A DNA stretch of 64,000 nt from Octopus sinensis (lineage: Eukaryota), in contig NC_042998.1 in the NCBI RefSeq assembly GCF_006345805.1, positions 154,814,001 to 154,878,000 on the forward strand. The letters run 5' to 3'. The notes under the pieces were generated by a model that saw only the letters and a program-made list of their open reading frames with translations, was not told where the DNA came from and did no database searches. Shown piece by piece: positions 13,065 to 23,965 of the stretch. The position numbers and the translations under genes are program-made. Numbering within the stretch: position 1 is the stretch's first letter; each line of letters opens with the position of its first letter.

Positions 13065-13268
13065 GTTTCAAATTTTTCCACAAGAGCAGCCACTTTGGGT
13101 AAGGGAATGAGTTGATTACATCGACCCCAGTGTTCAATTGGTACTTATTCTGAAAAGATGAAAGGCAAAGTCAACCTCTGCAGAATTAGAACTCAGACCA
13201 TAGCAGCAGGCAAAATACTGCTAAGCATTTTGGCTGGCGTGCTAATGATTCTGCCAGCTCATCACCCT
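13065..13268 (-). mobile_element. tRNA-derived SINE, family B (other copies at 8655-8765, 17495-17706, 18963-19170)
   Basis: Minus-strand head GAGCTGGCAGAATCATTAGC...GAGTTCTAATTC (A/B box-like). The central CTTTGCCTTTCATC.TTTC..GT.GATAAA..AGTACCAGT block resembles conserved SINE central domains. All copies sit in (AAT)n. Confidence 0.75.
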
Positions 13269-13275
13269 AATAATA

Positions 13276-13343
<68 letters not shown>

Positions 13344-13619
13344 TTAAAAGGATTGAGTTAACTCCACACAAATGTAAATAGACAATAAGAAGAGCGCAAT
13401 GCAATGACAATAGATATTTTATTGGTGGAATGATATTTTGACAGCTTGCTTGTCTTTCTTAAGAGCACAATGTCTTTGAACTTAACAAAGACAGGCATGC
13501 TGTTGAAATACCATTCAACCAATCAATAAAATATCTATTGCAATTGCATCATGCTCTTTGTATTGTCTAACAATAATAATAATAATAACAACAACAATAA
13601 TAATCTCTTTTACTCTTAA

Positions 13620-13850
13620 TACTTGTTTCAGTCACTTGACTGTGGCCATGCTGGAGCACCGCCTTTAGTTGAGCAAATCGACCCCAGGACTTATTCTTTG
13701 TAAGCCTAGTACTTATTCTATTGGTCTCTTTTGCCAAGCTGCTAAGTTACGGGGACGTAAACACACTAGGATCGGTTGTAAGCAATGTTGGGGGACAAAC
13801 ACAGACACACAAACATATACACACACACATACATACATACACATATATAT
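13620..13850 (-). mobile_element. SINE family A, 3' half
   Basis: Minus strand AAAGGCGGTGCTCCAGCATGGCCACAGTCAAGTGACTGAAAC; the body matches 7090-7300. Confidence 0.85.
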
Positions 13851-13856
13851 ATATAT

Positions 13857-13927
<71 letters not shown>

Positions 13928-14088
13928 CCTGTGTAACCGCTGAGTCTGACACACGGTAAAAAAATAAAAACAATGATATCAGTGGTTCTATATTTAAGAG
14001 ATGAGGAATTATGTACATTATTTACATTATTTGTATTATTTGCATTATTTACATTCGATGGATTTTTGTTCTCATCTTGTTTGTTGTT

Positions 14089-14134
14089 GACACAACGTTT
14101 CGGCTGATATACCCTCCAATCTTCTTTAGGTGTC
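14089..14134 (-). ncRNA. Minimal hammerhead-like motif (family H2), core G5 replaced by A, stem II damaged
   Basis: GACAC-CTAAAGA-A-GATTG-gagggtatat-CAGCC-GAAA-CGTT-GTGTC. Confidence 0.6.
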
Positions 14135-14438
14135 TTGGGGAAATTTGAAACCTGGGTTCTCATTCCTAAGGTATTTTTCGATGTTATTATAATTATTATT
14201 ATTATTGTTAGTGTTCAGGTCACTGCTTGGAATCGAACTCGAAATCTTGGGACTAGTAGCCAGCACTCTTAACCACTACACCATGGGTGTAGTGGTTAAG
14301 AGCGCGAGCTACTAACCCAAGATTCCGAGTTCGATTCCAAGCAGTGACCTGAACACAAATAATAATAATAACAACAACAACAACAACAACATCGAAAAAT
14401 ACCTTAGGAATGAGAACCCAGGTTCGAAATTTCCGCAA

Positions 14439-14484
14439 GACACCTAAAGAAGGCTGGAGGGTACATCAGCCGAAACGTTGTGTT
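14439..14484 (+). ncRNA. Minimal hammerhead-like motif (family H2), core G5 replaced by A
   Basis: GACAC-CTAAAGA-A-GGCTG-gagggtacat-CAGCC-GAAA-CGTT-GTGTT. Stem I and stem II are 5 bp each; stem III is palindromic (AACGTT) with no loop. Confidence 0.7.
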
Positions 14485-14554
14485 AACAACAAACAAGATG
14501 AGGACAAATATCCGTCAAATGTAAATAATGTGATATCAGTGATGATGATAATAA

Positions 14555-17240
14555 TAATAATAATGAAAGGAAGCATGTGGAGTTTCTCCATGTCCTGATT
14601 AAGGATACATCTAGTGATGGTGTCAATAGTGATGGTATCACATAATTACTGGTAATTGCGCAACCTGATTATTGCTACCTCATATGAGTGACAAGGAAAA
14701 AACAAAATATTGTGAATAATGGTGGTAATGAAACTGAAGTATTGATGGTGACAGTGTTGCACCCAGCAAGCTCAGAGATTTCTGGATATTCTGTCGATAT
14801 CCAGAAAGGGATCACCACACACAGCGTAGATGGAGCAAGCAAATTAATACTGTGGTCATGGCGTGTTACTACTTGAGCAGCCAGGTAGATGAAAATGGTG
14901 CTCAAATTAGGGGTTACTGACAACGTATATATGATCATTGGAGGGAAAAGGGATTATTTCAACTGAAGGAACAGAGACTATGTGATCAAGCTGGAGCAAT
15001 AAGAAAAATCGTTGGTTCACAGAAGTAGAGCTCAAAGCTATCAAAAGACGGGTCTTGGAAAATAGCAGCAGAGATAACAATAAAAATACAGTTCTTATTA
15101 ATAAGAGTAATCTCATAGCACAGGAAAGGAGCAGTGGTAGTTTACTTAATGAGAGACATATAGATGATCTGAAAGATGACAATAAAACTAATGGCAACAT
15201 GACAGATGAACAAACGGCAATCTATGACAGAATAAAAGCAAGACTACAGGAGAACGATAGCGACATTATTTGCAACCCTAAAAAGGTTGATTGATGGAAA
15301 TTGAACCAAGAAACGAAAAATGTCAATGATATTCTGAAATACATCAGAACAAATAACATAACAGAAACAAATAATTTGATCAAGGCAGCAAGTAGTGTTA
15401 TAGCAGAAGACGTGGGTGCTGATGTCAAGAAAAAGAAATATAATGGGAGTGACAAAAGAAAAGATCCATGGTGGAAAAGAAAAATACAGGCAGGGTTAGA
15501 CATGCTCTCGAAGTAACTCTCTGTGATCAAAAAGAAATACAGGGCACCGAAAAGAACATATAATATTGAAAGGGCCTGAAAGTGGTAATGGAGGAACTGA
15601 AACAGCACCTCATTGTAAAGAAAGTAAAGATGGTAAGATATGACCAAAGAATGAAGGGTTACCACCAGAATAGGTTATTCAGAGTAGATCAGAAGTGATT
15701 CTATAAAGAAACAAATGGATAGTTTACAGATGAAAAGTTGATACCAGATAACAATGAAAGTGAAAGGTTCTGGAGTGACATCTGGAGTAAAGACAAGGTG
15801 CACAAGAAGGATGCTGAATGGTTGCAAGAACTGAAACAAACAGTAGTCTGTCCAAAACAGGCAGAACTAGTCATTTCAGTTAAGGGAGTAAAGGAAATAG
15901 CACAAAAATGAGCAAATGGAAGGCCCTGGGACCAGATGGAGTTCAAGGCTACTGGATCAAAAGATGTGGTGAATGTTATGCATGAATAGCTGCACAATTC
16001 AACACTTTGTTAAATGCGGACCAAGTAGCACCAGAGTGGTTAACATTGGGTAGGACAGTGCTGTGCCTGAAAAACATCGAAAAAGGCAATATGGTAGACA
16101 ATTACAGGCCAATATCCTGTTTGCCACCTATGTGGAAATTGCTGACTGGAATACTCGCAGAGTCAATGTATGAACGTCTGGAAAACGATGGAGTCCTGCC
16201 ACATGAGCAGAATGGTTGCAAGCGTAAGTGCAGAGGTACCAAGTATCAACTTCAGATAGACAAAACTTACTTAGAGACTGCAAGAGGAGGAAAAGTAACT
16301 TAGCCATGTCATGGATCAACTATCGTAAGGCGTACAATATGATCCCACATTCTTGGATTATGGAATATATGAACCTATTTGGTATTGCATCGACTGTTGA
16401 ATGATTGCTTGGTAAAAGTATGGCAAATTGTAGGACGGACCTGACAGTATATGGAAGAAGTTAAGGACAGTAGAAATTAGGAGGGGCATCTTCCAAGGGA
16501 ACTGTCTGTCCCCACTGATCTTTGTACTGTGCTTGATACCACTGACACTGATTCTGAGGAAAGCAAAAGCTGGGTATGTATTCAAAAGCCGCCAACAAAA
16601 AGTTGACCATTTGTTATTCATGGATGACCTCAAACTGTATGGTAAAGATGAAGCTCAAGTCTGTTCCCTCATTGATACGGTGTATACTGTCAGAATGGAG
16701 TTTGGACTGAGAAAGTGTGGTGTGTTAGCCTTGAAGAGAGGCAAAATCAAATATATGGATGGCTTAACGATACCGTTGGGGGAGGTTATCAAGCAGATAG
16801 AAGAGACGGGCTATAAGTACTTGGGGATTTTGGAAATGAATAAATTGATGGGGAAAGAAATGACAGAAAAATTTAAGGTGCAGACTGAGACTGATCCTTA
16901 AGTCGAAATTAAATGGACAGAATAAAATTGAAGCTATCAACACCTGGATGGTTTCACTCCTTAGATATGGAGCAGCGGTATTCGTATGGATAGTTAGATG
17001 AACTAAACAGCTTAGACAGAAAGACAAGGAAGTTGATAACTAGATATGGGACACTCCACCCAAAAAGTGAAACAGACAGACTGTATGTACCAAGATAAAA
17101 GGGGGGGAAGAGAACTTATTGGATGCGAACACAGCATTAGAGCAGAAGAAAACAACATAGCATGGTATGTAAAAAATGCTACAGAACTGCTATTATTAGA
17201 AGTAGGAAGGTTAGGCTTGTGTAGGATGAAAGATTGCAAA
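14555..17240 (+). mobile_element. R4/Dong-clade LINE, N-terminal region through RT, degenerate
   Basis: [85 protein letters not shown] and GGRELIGCE. Confidence 0.9.
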
Positions 17241-17909
17241 GATAAAGGGACCTTTTGAGTGGGATGGGTTACTCGACCAGAAGAAAATTCTAACTGGGCC
17301 CCACCTGCAAGGTCATGTGCTGTTTACCTTGATATGAGATCACCATGTCACACACATATGGTTGTGATGCATGTGCCTAGTATACCCTTATCAGACGGGT
17401 AGTCATGATGGGTATACTGGGCTTTGTATATTTTACCCCTGTGTCATTTTGATGGTATGCACTGCTCTCTCACTCAACAATAATAATAATAATCTTTTCT
17501 ACTGTAGGCACAAGGCCCAAAATTTTCGGGAAGGGGACCAGTCAATTAGATCGACCCCAGTACACAACTGGTACTCAATTTATCGACCCCGAAAGGATGA
17601 AAGTCAAAGTCGACCTTGGCGGAATTTGTACTCAGAATGTAAAGATAGACGAAATACCACTAAGCATTTCACCTAGTATGCTAATGTTTCTGCCAGCTCT
17701 TCGCCTTAAATTAATAATAATAATAATAATACTATGTGCAAAACCAAATAAATGGCACCCTACTCATAATACCAACTTGAACTTCTAACTTGTCTCTTGA
17801 ACTCCAGAAAACAGTGTTATTAGGGGCAGCTGGGATACTTAGGAGGGTTTTTGGTATCTAAGGTTACTTGTTGTCCGATGTTAGGAATTTTTCTTTTCCA
17901 AAAGTATAA

Positions 17910-18310
17910 TTTGAACATCATCCTGAGCCAGTCGTTGAAGGTAAAAATGTCACTATCTCCTGGGATTTTCCACTCAACACTGACAGAATGATCCAGGATA
18001 ATCAACCAGATATAGTCATTAAAGACATGGAAGAAAATACTTGTAGACGAAGTGTTTCCACTGATAAAAATATATTCATAAAGGAATTTGACAAACTAAA
18101 TAAATATAAGGATGTGGAAATTGAAATACAAAATATGTGGCATCTTAAAGCTAGAACTGCTTCTGTGATTGTAGTTACCCTAGATATGATAAGAAAGGGA
18201 TATCGGAAACATCTAGATAGTATTCCAGGAGAACCATGTCTCAGAAATTCAAAAGATTTTGCTAACAAGTACTGCCCACATCCTTAGAAAAACGCTATCA
18301 ATTTAAATGT
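17910..18310 (+). pseudogene. Dong RLE C-terminal fragment
   Basis: ISWDFPLNTDRMIQDNQPDIVIKD and KYKDVEIEIQNMWHLK; same family as 10100-10520. Confidence 0.8.
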
Positions 18311-18334
18311 CTGCATTGTATTCCATGAAGATAT

Positions 18335-18755
18335 TTTGCTACTTGGTCCGCATTTAACAAAGTGTTGAATTGCGCAGCTATTCGTGCATAACATTCACCA
18401 CCCATCTGGTCCCAGGGCCTTCCACTTGCTCATTTTTGTGCTGATTTCCTTCACTCCCTTAACTGAAATGACTAGTTCTGCCTGTTTTGGACAGACTACT
18501 GTTTGTTTCAGTTCTTGCAACCATTCAGCATCCTTCTTGTGCACCTTGTCTTTACTCCAGATGTCACTCCAGAACCTTTCACTTTCATTGTTATCTGGTA
18601 TCAACTTTTCATCTGTACACTATCCATTTGTTTCTTTATAGAATCACTTCTGATCTACCCAAGCTTTCGGTTATACTGTAACATCTCTTATCCTTTCGGT
18701 GTTGATAAAGTACCAGTGGAACATTGGTGTCGATGTAATCAACTCATCCCCTCAC
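18335..18755 (-). repeat. Inverted local duplication: Dong 15690-16030 joined to SINE-B 19003-19066
   Basis: Near-identical reverse complements. The ORF-track peptides at 15701-15997(-) and 18384-18641(+) are almost identical. Confidence 0.85.
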
Positions 18756-18837
18756 TCTAGGATGCTGGGTGTGTCTTGGCAAATGATTGTAACAAATATG
18801 CAGATTAAAAGTAAATGATGATAATAATAATAATAGT

Positions 18838-18906
<69 letters not shown>

Positions 18907-19180
18907 TATAATAATAATAATAATAATCATAAAAATGATAATAATAATAATAATAATAATAATGGTTTCAAATTTTGCTGCAAGGGCAACCATTTTGAGG
19001 GAGGGGATGAGTTGATTACATCGACACCAATGTTCCACTGGTACTTTATCAACACCGAAAGGATGAAAGGCAAAGTCACCTTGGTGGAATTTGAAGTCAG
19101 AATGTAGTGACAGGTGAAATACTGCTAAGTATTTTGCCCAGCATGCTAACAATTCTGGGAGCTCACCACCTTAAATGAAG

Positions 19181-19250
<70 letters not shown>

Positions 19251-19252
<2 letters not shown>

Positions 19253-20243
19253 CTGCGGCCTTAGATATTCTGAATAATAAATGGCAAGAAAAACCTCTCT
19301 ATGGCAAATACCCAAAGAGAGCGAATAATGCAGATATCGACAAAGCCCTGACCCATCAATGGCTAATGGCCTCTGGCTTAAAATCTGAAACAGAGGGGTT
19401 TATCATAGCAGCTCAAGATCAATGCCTACCAACAAGAAACTACCAGGCCAACATATTAAAGAACGGCAGTAGCCCAACATGTCGTGTATGCTGACAACAA
19501 AATGAAACCATTGACCATGTTGTCTCCAAATGCAGTCTTCTAGCACCTACAGAGTACCTCAGTAGGCATGATTGAGCTGCACAATATATTCACTAGGTAA
19601 TTTGCAAAAACCTGGATTTGCCCCATGAAAAAAACTGGTGGGAACACAATCCACCTCCTGTGCTTGAAAATGGCCACATCTCACTCCTCTGGAACTTCAC
19701 CATTCAAACTGACAGGAAGATAGATGCAAATAGGCCAGACATTATATTGAAAGACTTCAGACAAAGAACATGCCTCCTCATTGATATGACTGTCCCAATC
19801 GATATAAACGTATCTGTCAAGACCTACCAAAAACTGAGCAAATATAAAGATCTTGAAATAGAAATCAGCAAAATGTGGAAGCTGAAGACTAAAACAATAC
19901 CTGTTGTCATAGGTGCTCTGGGAATGATAGCGAAAGGGACTGATTGCTACCTAACTCAGATACCAGGAAACCCCAAAATGGCAGAAATTCAAAAGATAGT
20001 GCTCATGGGAACTGCTCATATCCTACGCAAAATACTCTCTATGTAATCCCAAGGTTTAAAACAAACTTTTTTTTTATTTATTTATTTATTTATTTTTTAT
20101 GTATTAGACATTCACTAGTACAACACCAAAAAAAAAAAAAAAACCCCAAATATATGGCACAGAACTTCCAACCTGTTGTCTCTTGAGGTCTCTGGGTGAG
20201 ACTTGGAGCCAACTTGTACAGACATAAAGCAAAAGTCAAACAT
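19251..20243 (+). mobile_element. 5'-truncated Dong LINE (3' end), between (AAT)n tracts
   Basis: GLKSETEGFIIAAQDQ, CRVC...ETIDHVVSKC, DRKIDANRPDIILKD, PVVIGALG and LMGTAHILRKILSM. Confidence 0.9.
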
Positions 20244-20263
20244 AGAATAATAATAATAATAAT

Positions 20264-21332
20264 AAAATTTGAGGGAGGCTGTGGACTTCTACAACTGGCA
20301 ATAACAATGAAGATTGCTACAATTGGCCTAGACACCTACCTGAAAAACTCTGAGGACTGGATGTTAAAACTTGTCTCAAAACATGAAAACAAGAAAGCAT
20401 CATACTCAGTAACAAAACAGGCAAAGGAATATCTAAGTGAATTCCGAATACAACAAATTTCGGAATTAGACATACAAGAAACAAGCACAGAAAAAGCTTA
20501 AACGCATGAAAACCTGTGCTAAAACTGCTGCCTTAGATATTCTGAATGATAAATGGCAAGAAAAACCTCTCTATGGCAAATACCCAAAGAAAGCGAATAA
20601 TGCAGATGTTGACAAAGCCCTGACACATCAATGGCTAATGACCTCTGGCTTAAAATCTGAAACAGAAGGGTTTATCATAGCAGCCCAAGATCAATGCCTA
20701 CCAACAAGGATCTACCAGGCCAACATATCAAAGAACGGCAGTAGCCCAACATGTCGTGTATGTCAACAACAAAATGAAACCATTGATCATGTTGTCTCCA
20801 AGTGCAGTCTTCTAGCGCCTACAGAGTATCTCATATTGAAAGACTTCAAACAAAGAACATGCCTCCTCATTGATATGACTGTCCCAATCGATATAAACGT
20901 ATCTGTCAAGACCTACTAAAAACTGAGCAAATATAAAAATCTTGAAATAGAAATCAGCAAAATGTGGAACCTGAAGACTAAAGCAATACCTGTTGTCACA
21001 GGTGCCCTGGGAATGATAGCAAAAGGGGCTGATCGCTACCTAACTCAGATACCAGGAAACCCCAAAATGGCAGAAATTCAAAAGATAGTGCTCATGGGAA
21101 CTGCTCATATCCTTCGCAAAATACTTTCTATGTAACCTCAAGTTTTAAAACAAACATAACTTTCGTTTTTTTTTTCTTCTTTAGGCATTCACTAGTACAA
21201 CACTAAATACAAAACCAAATATATGGCACACTAGGCATAACAACAATATGAACTTCCAACCTGTTGCCTCTTGAGGTCTCTGAGTGAGACTTGGAGCCAA
21301 CTTGTACAAATATAAAGCAAAAGTCAAACATA
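20264..21332 (+). mobile_element. Second copy of the same Dong family, with an internal deletion near 20830
   Basis: Highly similar to 19251-20243; jumps from PTEYL to ILKDFKQRTC; ends at (AAT)n. Confidence 0.9.
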
Positions 21333-21333
21333 C

Positions 21334-21391
<58 letters not shown>

Positions 21392-21659
21392 CTGTGATGC
21401 AGTACCAGGCAGTGGCTCCCATGGCATCCGATCTTAACTGATTGGAAGTGTTATCATGTACATTATTTTATCTTGGTATAAAAAATGGGCTACAGCAAAT
21501 ATTCTGCTCAATACCACAAATTTGCTTGTCCGTTGTTTGACCTTAACCATTTGAGTATGATATGTGCATCTCTGATGATGAGCAGAAGTAATGAGGGAGC
21601 ATCATAACCATGTGCTGAGAGGAATTCTTTGGAGCTTCCTCTGGAAACATGGGTATATA

Positions 21660-23420
21660 AAGCCATTGAGCATGGTAGATAAAGTGATGAAGGATATGAA
21701 AGCCAGGAAAGTCCCTGGCCCATCAGAAATCACCACTGAGATGCTCAAAATATTTGGCAGTGTGGGTTATCACCCATATAGTTAACCAGATTGTACACGA
21801 AGGAGTCATATTCAATGATTGGTGCAGCAGCATCATAGTCAACTGCTACAAAGGTAAAGGTAACACCTTAGACAGAAATAACTACAGAAGTATCAAATTG
21901 TTGGATTAGGAGATGAAAGTTATGGAGAGGGTTATAGCCCAACTAATTAGGAAGAGAGTTATTCTAGATGAAATGCAGTTTGGTTTTGTGACAAGGTGAA
22001 GTACCACTGATGCTATATTTCTGATGGGTCAGCTGCAGGAGAAGTACTAGCCAGAAATAAACCTGTGTACTTGGCTTTTGTTGACATAGAGAAAGTCTTT
22101 GACAAAGTTTCCTGCTCCCTTATCTGGTGGTCAATGTGGAAACTAGAGATAGATGAGTGGTTGTAAGTAAGTAAGGTGAGAGTTGGCAACACATACAGTG
22201 ATGAATTCAGGATACAAGTAGGGGTTCATCAAGGATTAGTTCTCAGCCCCCTCTTGTTCATCATAGTTCTCCTGGCAATAACAGAGGTATTTAAGATAGG
22301 CTGCCCCTGGGAGGTCCTCTATGCTGATGACCTTGTTCTTATAGATGAATCACTACCAGAACAAGAAAAGAAATTTCAGATTTGGAAGCAAGGTTTTAGA
22401 ATTAATTTAGCAAACATCAAAGTCTTAGTAAGTAGGAAAGAGGACAACTCACATATCCCTTCAGGTAGATGGCTCTGCTTGATATGTAGAAAAGGCATAT
22501 GTAGAAACTTCATAAGATGTACCTGGTGCAAGTTATAGACACACAAGAAGTTCACCAATATCAGAGGAAGGTTAAGAAGGAAAATATTAATTGTGTGTGG
22601 AGGTACAATAAACACTAGAAATGTACAGAAAATAGACTCCATCAAATATCAGGGGGTGACGGATACCTAGAAATAGTTGAAAGCTTCCATTATCTAGGTG
22701 ACCAAGTGGAGATGGATGCCCTGAGAGCATAGCTGCTTGAATAAGAATAGGCTGGGCAAAGTTCAGAGAACTCCTACCTCTGATGGCAACTAAGGGCCTA
22801 TCCCTCAGAGTGGGAGGCAGATTGTATGATGCCTGTGAGCAAACAGCCATGCTACATGGTCATGAAACATGGGCTGTGACCACTGAAGTCTGAAAGAAAT
22901 TAACCTAGTATGCTTTGTATAAATGTCTTGAGAGAAAAGTTGGCCGTAAGAGGCATCAGATGTAGTGTGCAAGAGAGATGACTGTGATGGTATGGCCATG
23001 TGATGCATATGGACAGGGATAGCTGTGTAAAGAGGTACCAATCTCTAACTGTGAAGGAAACATATGGAGAGGTAAATCCAGGAAGATGGGATGGTGAAAC
23101 ATGATCTTCGAACATTGGGCCTTATGGAGGTGATAATAAATGACTGAGACCTTTGGTGATATGCCATGCTTGAGAAGACTCATGAAGCCAAGTGAAATCG
23201 TAGTTGTGGCTGATGCTGATGTCATGTAACTGGTATCCTTGCTGGTGGCACATAAAAGCACCCATAACACTCTTGGAGTGGTTGGCATTAGGAAGGGCAT
23301 CCAGTCATAGAAACCATTCCAAGTCAGATTGGAACTTGGTACCACTCTCCAGTTTACCAGTTCCAATCAAACTGTCTAACCCATGCCAGCATGGAAAGCA
23401 AATGCTAAACAATGATGATG
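21660..23420 (+). mobile_element. Degenerate RTE-group LINE (PHD-bearing family)
   Basis: GVHQGLVLSPLLFIIVL, LYADDLVL, CLICRKGICRNFIRCTWCKL*THK; 3' UTR with an (ATG)n-like end at about 23410. Confidence 0.85.
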
Positions 23421-23624
23421 AGGATTTTGTAATTTTGCGTGCTTGCACATCAGCATCCAAAGTTTTACACTAACATATATCTTTTTAGATTAATGTTCAC
23501 TATATACAGCATATTACTCTTCAAGCAAAAGTTTTCAACATTTCCAAGCCAGTGTTGTATGATGCTAAAAAGTTACTTTAATATGATTAAAAAGTGGAAG
23601 TTGTTTCTACTCTTTTATTCTTTA

Positions 23625-23965
23625 CTTGTTTCAATCATTGGATTGTACCATGCTGGGGCACCATCTTTAAGGGTTTAGTGGAACAAATTGACCTCAGTAC
23701 TTAATTTAAAGTGTAGTACTTATTTCAATGGTCTCTTTTTGCAGAAGAACCACTTATTGTCAAGTGTTGAGGACACACACACGCACGCACGTGCACACAC
23801 AAACACACACACACATTACAGACAGCCAACTAGTTTCCATCAACCAAATTCACCAGCAAGGTCACCCTGGGTCTATAGTAGAAGATATTTGCTCAAAGTG
23901 CTGTAGAATTTTACTGAAACCAAGTGATTGGGAAGTAAACTTCTTAAACATCCAACCATGCTTAT
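23625..23965 (-). mobile_element. SINE family A, degenerate
   Basis: GGTGCCCCAGCATGG 3' motif and body on the minus strand. Confidence 0.7.

Larger units (their letters stand above)
13985..14530. mobile_element. Head-to-head dimer of a tRNA-headed element carrying a hammerhead-like motif, flanked by an 11-bp TSD
   Basis: Arms 13985-14282 (minus) and 14286-14530 (plus). Heads GGTGTAGTGGTTAAGAG...GAGTTCGATTCC. TGATATCAGTG at 13974-13984 and 14531-14541. Confidence 0.8.

Noticed and set aside
14214-14352. Two genuine tRNA genes (anticodon ACT)
   Set aside because: No 7-bp acceptor stem could be built, Ser-ACT is not a normal eukaryotic isoacceptor, and the heads continue into a shared repeat body, so they are SINE heads.
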